A stretch of 63,554 bases of DNA, counting the filler, from Hausera hauseri (taxonomy: Eukaryota), in assembly GCA_046269625.1 (NCBI GenBank). It is 13 parts of 13 records of this genome, joined end to end, with 100 filler letters (N's around TTAATTAATTAA, not from the genome) between each part and the next. Parts side by side here need not be neighbours in the genome. Positions count along the whole stretch, not along the records: positions 35,493 to 40,959 come from JBJURY010248293.1; positions 41,060 to 45,615 come from JBJURY010529455.1; positions 45,716 to 50,141 come from JBJURY010588555.1; positions 50,242 to 54,795 come from JBJURY010530122.1; 9 more parts are not named here. One strand, given 5' to 3'. Every line of letters starts with the position of its first letter. Position 1 is the first letter of the stretch. The position numbers and the translations under genes are program-made. This document shows, piece by piece, positions 38,385-51,199 of the stretch. Under the pieces are notes generated by a model. It did not search any database, was not told the origin of the DNA, and was given only the letters and a program-made list of their open reading frames with translations.

Positions 38385-40959
38385 ATGGTGAGTTTTGTTA
38401 TTTGTGCTCATCAAATAATTGGTTTGTCTAGATTTGCAACTTCTACAAATTTTGCATGGCGTAGAAATACGAGAAGCAGACTTGCCACAGTGTAATGCAG
38501 CATTATTTTGGATGCCAACACAATAGGACTCAATACTATGTGTGTCCTGTATGTGAGGTAGTGTGACGGACCGGCTACGAGGAATTTTACAACCAGCATA
38601 AACAGCATCTTAATTCGTTCACAAAATCGAAGAAATATTCAACAGTAATATGCCAATGACAACAAGTGCCCCAAATACAAATCAGATGTACGGTTCCTAT
38701 GCTTATTGCACATCCATGCAGCGGTATTATGGACACAAATCCAAAAGGATCCAATATTATATATGTCCGGGATGCGAGATTGTATGTGTTGCAGATTGCA
38801 TACAGTTCTATCATTATCACAAACATCACTTGAGTCACTTCGCATCAAAATCAAAGAAGGCCATCTTTAATGAGCAACATAATATTGATGCATCTGCTTC
38901 GCGGTATGATGCTTCGCAGTATTCTGCCTCGCATTATGCTGCTGGATCTGGTTCAGCAGCTGCGAAGCATATTAGAGAATTGAAACGCGCAGCCGCATCA
39001 TGCACAGCAGCATCAGGCACGGCCACGTCAGACGCACCGGCCCCATCAAAAAGCCAGACAGGCCAGTTGATGCTGCAGCATTAAAGTGAAAATGCCGCAC
39101 ATATGTTATTGAGGCAACTGCTCAAACAACCCTCCAAGACTTCCTCTTATACACAAAGAACAAGACAGAGGAAATTCTTCAGGACAACATGGCTGAGCTC
39201 AAAGCCCTTCATGTGAATATGAAGCTGGAGGCCATATACATCAATGTTGATGGCGAAGAATCCAATAGGGCCTTCAAGACCAAAAATAGACCCATATTGG
39301 AAAACACATATAGCAGAATGGATGCAAGAGGCGCACGAGAAGCTGATCCGTGAAGCCGGGAGAGCCAAGAAAAGAAGAGCGGATGGACTCTGGCAACCAT
39401 CAAGAGATTGCTTGTGTATGTTCACAAGTACTCTCTCATGCGGGGCAGTTCATATATTCAGATTCCTTAATGATGACAACAAGTGTTTCATGTATGCCAT
39501 TCTATCAAAACTCGTACCAGATCAACATAATGTTTCACGAGTTTGGCTACATAAGGATGTGCAACACAACTATGACTTTTAATGTATCAAGTTCCCTCCA
39601 TCCATAGATGAAGTCAAAAAATTCGGACGACTCAACAATATATCAATCAATACATTGGGATTGGATGAGGATGATAAATTCTATCCCCTGCAGATATGTG
39701 ATGCTGAATTGGAAGACCATAGAGTTCTGCTCCTATTAGATAATGGTGAAAAGAGGCATTTCATCTGGATAAAGAACTTTGAATGTCTAGTCAGATTACA
39801 AATTACGAAACATCATGGACAAATAGAAATATGTAAACGATGCTTGTCCCATTTCAGCGGCGATGTAGCTGTATTGAAGCTGAAATAGCACAAGATGTAC
39901 CGCAATAACAATTATTGTATCAGGCCAGATTTCCCTTAGGAGGACTTTAAAGCGATCCAGCGTCCAGTTCAGAGTCGCAGTCCTAATCCCCAACACAGCA
40001 TCACAACGGCATACCAATATCATGAGCTGTCATCATATTGCATGTATGTCAAGGGACTGGACAGTGAACCATATATATTCAGGAGTCCAGGCGCAGCAGC
40101 ACATTTTACAAAACGACTTGAATATGACTCATAGGCTTGGCGATATGCACTAGTTGCATAAGGATACAACGAACATGTTGAAGAAGCAAGAAGAAGAATG
40201 GCACAAAGCAACAGCACATTACTTGTGCGACAAATCCTTCACAAAGAGAAATTACAAGGTACGTGATCACTGTCATTTTACAGGCAAATATCGGGGCGCG
40301 ACATGCAACAACTGCAATCTGCGTTGCAAAACATGTACATATATGCCTGTAGTGTTCCGTAAACTCAGTGTCTGTGATTCCCACTTCATTTTTCGGGAAC
40401 TGGGCATTAAGATGAACCCTAATAGTGAGAAAATCAGGCTTCGCTCCATAGACAGTCTCCGTTTCATGTCATCTTCACTTGAGAGTTTAGTGAAGAACCA
40501 CCCTTCAGAAGATCTCAAGGAGACGAAGGGGTTCTTCATCGCTACATTTGATCTTGTCAAGAGGAAAGGCGTGTTTGCATATGACTATATAACGTCATGC
40601 GAAACACTGGATGAGACCGCATTGCCGACTAAGGAGAGATTTTACAATAAACTTTCTGATTGCCATATCAGTGACGAGGACTACCAGCATGCCAAAAACG
40701 TACGGCATGCATTCCAATGCCGACCATTTGGAGAATACAGCGATGTATACCTCAAGACGGATGTGCTGCTGCTGACAGATGTCTTTCAGAGCTTCAGGGA
40801 CGTTACGATGAAGAGCCAATCATTGGATCCGGCTCATTTCTTTACGGTTCCAGGGATGAGTTGGGCAGCTATGCTGAGATATACAGTTGTCAGGCTGCAG
40901 ATCATAAAGTATTACGACATGATCCTCATGATTGAAAGAGGCATAAGAGGCGGAATATG
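38385..40959 (+). mobile_element. Maverick/Polinton-type pPolB pseudogene with N-terminal zinc fingers and endonuclease VII-like insert (truncated at contig end)
   Basis: AFKTKN; DDNKCFMYAIL; NISIN; HFIWIKNF; CKRCL; RDHCHFTGKYRGATCNNCNL; DSLRFMSSSL; RKGVFAYDY; YLKTDVLLL; LDPAHF; ERGIRGGI; many stops and frameshifts; start inferred from an ATG-only exon. Confidence 0.92.
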
Positions 40960-41059
40960 NNNNNNNNNNNNNNNNNNNNNNNNNNNNNNNNNNNNNNNNN
41001 NNNTTAATTAATTAANNNNNNNNNNNNNNNNNNNNNNNNNNNNNNNNNNNNNNNNNNNN

Positions 41060-42435
41060 TGCTACCAAAGGTTAATGATGAAGACGCCATGCTTTCTTTG
41101 TGTAAACTTCTTGAAACATGTGGAAAGCTTTTTGACGAATCACATCACGATAGAATTATGTCATGCATAACTGAAATGCAGAAGATTCTGGATGACGAAT
41201 CGTTATCGACACGAGTCAGATTCAGAATTCTGGATATAATTGAAATGAGTGAGCGAAAATGGACGCTTAAAAATACAGGAACAAAAGATAATACGACCGA
41301 AGACATTATATCAAGGTATAAATGATGATGAAGGGAAAATGTCTGAAAAAATTTCCCCAAAGTTACGCAATCGGTCTATTACAAAGTTGCACAATAGTTC
41401 AAATGACTTGAAATTAAAAAGCATTCCAAAGCCCCCGTCATTTGAGATTAATTCGTTAGCACTTCCACAAAATAATATTTATGATTTAAAACCTGCGTGT
41501 AATCGTTGGACATCGGGCAGTGGTGTCAAGGAAGAGAGTGAGTGGCAAAATGTGGACAGAAAAGCTAGTCTTGGTTACAAATCTTCGAAACAAACTTATA
41601 AATCAACGTCGTACGTTAAATCAAGTCCATTACGATCTCGAGATTAATCATCAACTAATAATAATAAATTTGCTCTAATTTTACAGAAAGATACGTCTGA
41701 GAGTGAAAATCGTAACACCGAATCACCAAATCTCGATCTTTCTTCGGACACAAAAAGTGACGATGGTGATATTGTTTCAAATCTAAAATCGGAAGAGTTT
41801 TTATCCGACTTTCTTGACAAGGGTTATATTAATGTAAAGATTTCTATTTTGATTGATGGACTGAATTGGTTTTAGACTAAAATATGGTCAAACCAAGACG
41901 ATATTCCAAACCTTATTTACTGTTGGTTAGATCAAGTAATGGAACGAGACAAAATGACGAGACAGCAAGTAGGAAATGAATTCGTAAGACTCCTTGCAGA
42001 TGAAAAGCTGACAGTTCAAGATATTGTGTTGGGAATATATCGCTTTGTTAAAGTTTTGGATGATTTGATCACAGACATTCCGCTTTGGTTCAATTTTTAT
42101 CATGTTTTATCAGATGCTCTTCGGATTTATACCTTTTCGAAAACATTTTTGATAAAACTGTACCAAAGTCAAATATTTTAAATTGTATCGTGCCTTCATT
42201 GAAGTATGGTTCGGAAGATTCTATGAATGTTGCGACAGAACTGACGGACCATTCTGCGTCGCTTCTTACAGATTTTGGACAACTAGAATCTATTAAAGTG
42301 TTACTTAAGGCTCATAAATTCGAGTTCTTGATGAAATTTTTTGAAAGCTCGAATGAAAAGGAATTAGAATCATTTGAAACCATTCAAAATGAATTTATTG
42401 ATCTTTTACCAAAGGATGATGAAGAGAATTATTAG
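41060..42435 (+). pseudogene. EIF4G: eIF4G family gene (MIF4G C-terminal part and MA3), disrupted
   Basis: LCKLLETCGKLFD...STRVRFRILDIIEM..RKW (MIF4G end); MERDKMTRQQVG...LDDLITDIP (MA3); stops and frameshifts. Confidence 0.85.
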
Positions 42436-42465
42436 TTACTTGATCATTATAAGTTATCTGAAAAC

Positions 42466-45400
42466 AAAGATCCCTTAAAAGAAATAGCAACCTTCTTGGC
42501 TTCTAATGATCACGTCGAGGTATCACATCCTGTTTACCGTCTATCACCACAGTTTTCTTTCTACCTTTTGTCAACAATAACTAATACAGACCGTACACAT
42601 CACACAACGTATTGACACATTACAATTATATGCCCTCATTCATGATACCACCGCCTTCATCGATTTCTATTTGACTCTGGTTTCATTTTAACTTACCTCC
42701 CACACATGTCCTCACATTACTACCTCTGTATTCACATCCACTCTAGAATCCGCGGCCGTATAATTTGTTCAGCAACCAGTGACATCACAAATAAAGTGAC
42801 CACAAAACCCAAATCCATTTTCTACTACCCCAAATTAAACCATTCACCAACTTCAACCGATACAAACTCTTCTCACAAAAACGCTACAATTACGCCCTCC
42901 CATTGCTCTAAATATTTTACAGACAACGAAAATTCTAGTAAGACTTGGCTCCACTTCCATTAACTTTGGCTACAATTTAACTGCATTACAGACTCGTTAA
43001 CAAAAGCTCGTAATCTTCTCTACCTTCTACCAAATTCCATAAAGGCTTCAATTCATAACTTACTGGACATCGTTCAACACCCTGACCCTTATACGAAATT
43101 GTTCAACGCCGTATGAAAACTGTCAGAACCACTACTTTACTCGATAATACAACGCTTCTTTAATGAAAACGCAATGGGTACACAAAAACCTAGTGATTTC
43201 TTACGCACCTTGTTGGCCCACTTACGTACATTGGGTGTCACCAAGGAACACAAGCCGGATCTACTTCGCCGATATTTCCTTAATGCCTTACCCAATGAAA
43301 TGAGGGCTTTATTTACTGTTGCTAAGGATTCTACAGCTTTAGATAAACTAGCTGAATTGGCCGATAAAGCACACAAAGTCTTACAAATACAATCACAACC
43401 CATCATATCAGCCGCAATTATGACCGATGACAATCAACGACATGCATCTATTGAGCACCAACTGAACCAATTACGTGCCGAAAATGTGGCACTACAACAT
43501 ACAATCAACATCATAAATGATAAGCTAAATAACCTTTCCTTCCATCGACGAAATGCTTCTTCAACTCATCGAACGCGTTCTCTTTCCAGTAATCGAACAC
43601 CGTCACCAACGCGGTCATTTATATGTTATTACCACAAAAAATTTAATAACAAAGCAAGTAAATACTGTTTAGAGTGTAGATATTATTCGTCGCATCTACA
43701 CTCAGATAACATAGTTTGCATATATCATGCAACATTTGGATCTGGAGCTCAAAATTGTATTTCCGGCTGTAACTATAAAACTAACGATAACTACACCACT
43801 GATAAACATTTCAGTTTCTCTAAAAGTAGTAGTCCTAACTCACCAATCCATAAAAACTGATTTTGTGGTTAGTATTCTCGGCAGATTCTGGCAAAGGCAA
43901 CTTACATAATTACTCTTGCCGACACTTTTTATTTGCAGTCTTTACAATAAAAGCTGCTATCTCTAATCCTAACATTAAATCTATAGATTTTTTTCTCATT
44001 GAAACGGGCACAGCTATCTTACTACTGCCACATTCTTTTCCGGTTCAGCATTCTTCACCTGAAATAAAACCTTTATACGCCGCCTCCGGTCAACCTCTTA
44101 ATATTGCCGGAACTTGCAAATTATCTTTCACTCTACCAAAATTTTCCTCTTCATTCCATTAAACGTTTACAGTCGATAACGTTTAGACGGCAATACTTGA
44201 ATCCGATTTCCTTTCACACTATAATTTGCTAGTCGATTGTAACCAACGCTGTCTAAAATCAAATACACCTGTAAACCGCTGCACAGGAATAGACAGCACC
44301 TCAACGACAACACCGTCAACAGTAAGTAGACAATCTATTTTAAAACAGTCAATACTTCATTACAATTCCAATAACTGTCACGTTTTACATCGTAAGCTTC
44401 CAAAGGACTATGTCGACAGTCAATCACAGCTCAATGTCGACACCTATAATCTGGTATTTTCAGTAAAATCATTAAACAACAATCAGGTATCGTACGCAGA
44501 TCTAAATCTCCATTATCTTCGCCTTTCCAAGTTGTTTAAAAAAAGACGGATCCTTCCGACCATGTGGTAATTACCGCCAGCTTAATAATGGACGCACATC
44601 CACTACCATTAATCAAAGACATTACGTCGGCTTAATACTACTTCAGTCTATTCAACAATTGATTTGGCCAAAGCTTATCAACAAATTCTTGTCGCACCGG
44701 AAGACATCGAGACAACTGCAGTTACCATACCTTTTGTTCTTTATGAGTACTTGTATATGCCTTTCGGTCTCCGGAATGCCGCGCAGATTTTTCCAGTGAC
44801 ACATTGATTCAATCCTTTCAGATTTCACATTCGCGCATCCATATATTGATGATATCTTGGTTGCCTCTTCATCTGTAAAACAACACGAGGAACACCTACG
44901 ATCCATCTTCAAAGGACTCAGTCAGTTCAACCTGCAGATCAATTTTGCAAAATGTAACTTCTTCCAAAAATTCGTTAATTTTCTGGGACATTAGTTTATC
45001 AAACGGCCATTCACCACAGCGTGATTGAATTGAGAATCTTAAAAATGTCCAACTACATAAGAAAACAATAGAAATTCGCAGTTTTCTCGGTACCCTGCAT
45101 TTCTTCCACAAAAATATTCCATATTGTTCGGAACTCACGGCACTTTTTGCGCACTTAAGCGGAGGAAAAAACATCAGAAAATCTTGTGGACACCACAACT
45201 AGTCAATAAATTCCATAGACTACGAGAAGGACTAAAGGCTGTTGAAATACTAGCATTTTCTAAACATGACTCCGAGTTAATTTTAACTACAGATGCTTCA
45301 AACATTGCAGTAGGTGCTGCATTACACCAGTTGTATAAAGGAGAAAATCAACTTATGGAATTTGTTTCCCGAAAACTAACTCCACCAAATACTAGATATT

Positions 45401-45615
45401 CAACTTTCGATTGAGAACTGTTGGCAATAGTTCTCGCTTTAGGACATTTTTTTCACTTACGTAGAGCCCGTCATTTTGTTATACAGACTGATCACAAGCC
45501 GTTGATTAATAAAATGGCAATGAAACACCCTTCAGCTTGACAAGAACGGCAAATTTCATATTTGTCCACATTCAACTTTGATATCAAACACATCGAGGGT
45601 ATTGACAGTCTAGTT
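42466..45615 (+). mobile_element. Gypsy family A copy 3: Ubl-gag-protease-RT-RNase H, disrupted
   Basis: IHIHSRIRGR at ~42730-42759; gag with two C-x2-H knuckle-like motifs (CYYH..C, CIYH..C..C); FLIETG protease; YIDD; TDAS; TDHKP. Confidence 0.95.
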
Positions 45616-45715
45616 NNNNNNNNNNNNNNNNNNNNNNNNNNNNNNNNNNNNNNNNNNNNTTAATTAATTAANNNNNNNNNNNNNNNNNNNNNNNNNNNNN
45701 NNNNNNNNNNNNNNN

Positions 45716-48700
45716 ATCACCGAATCTCTCACTGTTGCCTACAAGTTTGCAGCAATTCGTCAACATATTATGTCCACGCGCACTTAAAAAAGATCGTACG
45801 TTTACTCTTGCAAACAGAATTTTACACCACATAGTTACACAGCACCAACGACCAATACGTCAAAAGGTACGACCACTGTTACTTCCTCGTAGGCAAGCCG
45901 TAGAAACCGAATTTCTTGAACTATAACGCTCCGGTATTGTACGCCGTTCAAAATCCTTTGGTCGTCACATTGACATGTCGTACAAAAAAGGACGTAAATT
46001 TTAGATTATGCGGTGATTACAAACAGTTGAATAACTTGACTATTATGGATGCGTATCCCCTGCCACTCATCAAGGATATCTTGCATCGCCTTAATTCAAC
46101 CGCAATTTATTCGGCCATTGATTTGGCCAAAACATATCACCAAACACCAGTTGCACCTGAAGACATAGAAAAGACTGCTGTCACTACTCCTTTTGGTTAC
46201 TACGAATATCTGTTTATACCATTCAGTTTGAGAAATGCCGCACAGACTTTTCAGCGACACCCTGACTCAATTCTCTCAGATTTCCCGTTTGAGCACCCTT
46301 ACATCGATGATATTCTGGTCGTTTCGTCTTCAGCCAAACAATACGAGGAACACATCCGTGCAATATTCCAACGCCTTAACCACTATAATCTACAGGTCAG
46401 TTTTGCAAATGCCATTTCTTCCAAAAGTGCATCAACTTTTTGGGTCGCATTATTTCACCAGACGGCCATTCTCCCCAACCAGACCGAATTGAAGCCCTTA
46501 AGAATATCCAGTTACCACGTACGACCACTGAAATGCGTAGCTTTCTTGGTAAACTACACTTTGTACATAAATATGTACCATATTATTCTGAATTGACAGC
46601 ATCATTTGCATACTTAAGCGGCGGCAAAAACATCAGCCAGTTCAGTGGACACCTGATATGGTTGATAAGTTTGATAAGTTACGCAAAGGAATTAAGATCG
46701 TCGACACTCTCGCTTTCCCCAAGCGTGACGCAAAACTTATCCTTACCACAGGCGCTTCAACCACTGCGGTAGGTGCTGTGCTTCACCAGATACACAAAGG
46801 AGAAAACAAACCGCTGGAATTTTTCTCTCGTAAGTTAGCACCCCATGAAACTAGATATTCAACGTTCGATCAAGAATTATTGGCCATCGTTCTTGTTTTA
46901 AAAAATTTCTTCCACCTACTTGTCGCTCGCCATTTTACCATACAGACCTATCACAAGCCCTTACTTAACATCATGGTAATGAAACATCCTTCCGCATGCC
47001 AAGAACGACAGATATCATATTTGTCGACATTTCACATTGACATAAAACATATCAATGGGGTTAATAATTTAGTTGCCGATTTTTTATCTAGATCGGTAAG
47101 TTCAATTAATTTTTCATTAATTTTTACTCAAGCTCCACTTCAACAGAACCAGCCACCTCAGAACATGCTTAATTCTTTTAAGTCTTGCGCAATGGTTGAC
47201 GACGTGGCTTTAGACACTTCCAAACCAGGTCATTCCGTAATAATTCTTGCATCACCATTACAAAGGCAAGCATTTAGCAGTGTACATTCGCTACACCACC
47301 CTGGTGCTAAAGCCACTTTTCGTCTACTCCATCGACAAGTAATATGGCCGTCAATGCCTTCTGATGTGCAAGCATGGGTTAAGGAATGTGTGACTCGCCA
47401 AAAATACAATGCAACTAAGCATTTAATGCCACCACTATTCCACTTTCCCTGCACATCGCGTTTCGAATCCGTGAACATTGATATTGTCGGCCCTCTTCCT
47501 TCAAACAATGGTCATCAATACATTTTCACTATGATAGACCGTTCCGCACGATGGCCAGAAGCCATCCCTCTGCGGAGCACAAATACCGACACCATAGCTG
47601 ACGTTTTCATTCGTACATGAATTAGCAGGTTTGGATCACCCCGCATCATCATTATAAACCAATGTCCACAGTTTGAATGCAAAGTGTTCAAATCCCTTGT
47701 TAACCTATTGGGGATTCATCATATACATACTACGCCTTATCATCATCAATCGAATGGCCTTCTAGAACGTTTCAACCGAACATTGAAAAAGTCACTAAGA
47801 ATCCTAGCAGAGTCCGACATTAGTTGGACGACTCTTCGTCTGTTTATTCTGCTTGGGTGGCGGAACACTCCGTCTACTTCTACGGGATGCTCACCTACTG
47901 AAACATTGCTCGGAGCTCCTGTACGATCATTATTCGAACTAACCGCCCTAGATGACACTCCTAAGCAGCGCAAAATCACTTCGTTATGGTCAGCAGAGAT
48001 TCGATCTGCAGGTTACTTCACAAAGACAAAACATATTTACCCAAATACTTGTATTCGGCAAAATTAGTATCGCTAAAAAATCAAACGCCGTGCGGTTTTC
48101 TGCCGCGGTATCTGGGACCCTATAAACTGGTGAAACTACATTTGCATTAACGCCATTATTTCTAAACATGGTAAAGATCTTACTGTGCATATTACCAACT
48201 TAAAGCATGCCTTTTTCTTCGACGACACCTCACCACTCGACACGTCGACCCCTTTTCTAACTCCTGCACTTCCTGCCGTCCCTATATCTGTTGTTACACC
48301 TGTTCCACCTTCTCCTTTCTATTATAGTTCTGCTTTATCATTTTCTTCATTTTCTACTTCTATTCCTACCTATGTTCCTATCTCTACCACTACCTCTGTT
48401 TTACTTTCTATTTCTACTCTTTCGCCTAATACAATTCCAATCCCTACTCCAATGTCAGTTCCTCCTTCTTCATTCGTCACTACGTCTTTTGCCAATCCTT
48501 TGTCTTCTAACGTTCTCTTGAACACTCTCAACCGACCATCTTCAACAATCTCTCTTCCTCCTACACTTTCTTCTTCCTTTCTTTCTGGCTTGTCTTTGCA
48601 AGACATAACACCCGTAACAAAATCTGACAATTTTTTACCCAAACTTCAAACCATACAGGCAAAAACATCGCATACAGACAAAACACATAGAGTCGCATTT

Positions 48701-48766
48701 AGTATATACAGCGAGGAAAAATCAGTAGAGGGCACCAAACTCCTTGTTCACACTAAAACCAAGTGA
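45716..48766 (+). mobile_element. pol: Gypsy family A copy 4: RT-RNase H-integrase with P/S/T-rich tail
   Basis: CGDYKQLN, YIDD, NLVADFLSR, HHPG, NIDIVGPLP, SNGLLERFNR, GPYK. Confidence 0.95.
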
Positions 48767-48833
48767 TACAGACATTTCCATTTGGCGTTTTTGTTTCTGT
48801 CTATTTTTGCTCTTTTATAGTTTTAACTTCGCC

Positions 48834-49058
48834 ACGGGGAGTAATGTGGTGCCCACTGAGGCCGGTGCCCTTTGGCGAATTTTGGTTGGGCACGACCGGA
48901 CGTTACGTTATCGCCACATCGGATCCATAGTCGGGTCCGATTCTCCGCCCCAAGAGTTTTATCTATTATAATGACTTTAGTCAGATGTACTATGACAATT
49001 CGTATTCCGGTTATGTTCTACAACCCAGTCATCAATACATCGTAAATGGATATCCACC
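48834..49058 (+). mobile_element. PPT and 3' LTR of copy 4
   Basis: ACGGGGAGTAA then TGTGGTG at 48845; possible end ...ATCCACCA at ~49058; homologous to the LTR at 32278. Confidence 0.65.
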
Positions 49059-49311
49059 AAATCATTATGTAATTAATTATCTCGAAACCAAACTACCTAT
49101 AGATGGTCAGTTGAATTCCGATGAAATTGAAGCAGACTGAAATTATCGCCAACAGATTTTGGTAAAGATAGAATTCCAATCAATTAATACTTCAAACCGT
49201 ACAATCATATATCTCTATAATTCATAACCAAATTTTCTTCATTCAAATAAATCTTTAATGGTATCTATTACCCCACTGGTTGTTGACTGATTTGCTTTTT
49301 CCAATGTTTTA

Positions 49312-50141
49312 AGTAGGTAGAAGTGTCCACTCTACCCCACTTCTCTGATTGTTCAATCGACCAATTCTCCGCATCTCATTGGTCAGTGCGCACATTTCGC
49401 GAATTTTCCCACGACCCCCCCCGGGAAAAGCTTTGGACACCAGACCGACTCAAATCGGTAGAGCTGAACGAGCTGAGCAAAAGTTAATAGCGGTGCGGCT
49501 TACAGAAATGTAAGGGAGAGACTCTAGAAGAGGAACAAGCAAAACAGGAAATGCGTCACGCGTAACGAGAAACATGTTGCTAGCACTGAAAAAATGTTTG
49601 CAAAAGGTAAGTCGATGTCGGCGAATTCAATGAACACTGCTGCAACTCAATCGGACCATGGGAACATGGGAAAAGTCAGTGGGAAAATTTCAAAGAGGAA
49701 AAATTTCCTCTTAAACAAATCAAACGGCAGTGCAAATGGGTTGAGCATGTAGTCCATCAAAAGTTGAGCATTTTATAATATAGCCGCCTCACGATCAGAC
49801 GAAAGGATCTAGGTGAAAAATGCAACCGAACGAACAAACGAACTGTAAAAACTATGTTAAAAATCATTTTGAAAGTCTATGTCAATATGATAGTAGGTAG
49901 AAGTGTCAGCTCCACCGCACTTCTCTGATTGGTCCGTTAACCAGTTTTCCCCTCCTGATTGGCTATTCTGAACATTTCGCTAAAAATAATCGGTCACCCC
50001 CCCCAGGCCGAAAAGAAGGTCGAGCAATGGACTTCGGACCGAATGATATCGATAGCGCGTGACAAGCTGAGCAAAAGTTAATATAGGTGCAGCTTACAGA
50101 AATGTAAGGGAGACGCGCTAGAAGAGGAAGAAGCAAAACAG
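49312..50141 (+). repeat. Diverged ~240-bp direct repeat (49312-~49548 and 49892-50141), period 580 bp
   Basis: Both start AGTAGGTAGAAGTGTC and share cacttctctgattg, agctgagcaaaagttaata, gcttacagaaatgtaagggaga, ctagaagaggaa.aagcaaaacag. Confidence 0.9.
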
Positions 50142-50241
50142 NNNNNNNNNNNNNNNNNNNNNNNNNNNNNNNNNNNNNNNNNNNNTTAATTAATTAANNN
50201 NNNNNNNNNNNNNNNNNNNNNNNNNNNNNNNNNNNNNNNNN

Positions 50242-51169
50242 TGTGCTTTATCGGCCAATTCAGCTAGTTTATCTAAAGCTGTAGAATCCTCAAAAATAGT
50301 AATTAAAGCCCTAATTTGAATGGGTGAAGCATTAAGGAAATATTGGTGAAGTAGATCCGGGTTGTGTTCCTTGGTAACACCTAAAGTACGTAAGTGAGCC
50401 AACGAGGTACGTAGGAAATAACTAGGCTTTTGTGTTCCCATTGCATTTTCATTAAAGAATCGTTGTATTATCGAATCAATTGGTGGTTCTGTCAGTTTTT
50501 AGCACAGCATTGAACAATTGCGTATAAGGGTCAGGGTGTTGAAAGATGTCTAATAAGTTACGGATTGAGGCCCTTATGGAGTATTATAGAAGGTAGAGTA
50601 GATTGTGGGCTTTGGATAACGAGTATGTAATACCGTTGGATTGTAACCAGTGTTGATGGAAGTGGAATTAAGTTTTGCTAGAATTTTCATTATCTATAAA
50701 GTAATATGGGGTGTAGTTGTAGGATTTTTGTGAAGAGTTAATATCGGTTGAAGTAGGTGGATGGTTTGATTTGGGATGGTAGAGAATGGATTTGGGTTTT
50801 GTGGTCACCTTATCTGTGATATCACTGGTTGGTGAAGAAATCATACTGCCGCAGATTCTAGGGTGGATATGAATACATAGGTAGTAATGTGAGGACATGA
50901 TGTGTGGTAGGCCAGGTAAAATGAAACCATTGTGAGTCAAATAGAAATCGCTGAAGGCGATGATATTATGAATGAGGGCATATAATTGTAATGTCTCGGT
51001 ACGTTGTGACGTGTACGGTCTGTATTAATGTATTATTAACAAAAAGGTAGAAGGAAAATGGTGGTGATAGATGACAAACCGGGTAATGTTGTATCTCGAC
51101 GTGGTCATTAGAAATCAAGAGGGTCGCTGTGTCCTTTAAAGGCTCTGGCTGATAATTGTGGTTTGACAT
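50242..51169 (-). mobile_element. gag: Gypsy family A copy 5: leader-Ubl-gag N-terminus
   Basis: ATG 51169; FYLFVNN...DFYLTHNG...IHIHPRICGSM; PDPY, QKPSYFLR, LAELADKA; homologous to 42466-43370. Confidence 0.9.
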
Positions 51170-51199
51170 TTTATCTGAAACGGATCACAAAATATTTCG

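Noticed and set aside
38385-40959. Complete Maverick/adintovirus or giant-virus region
   Set aside because: No capsid, ATPase, protease or linked integrase seen; only a broken pPolB
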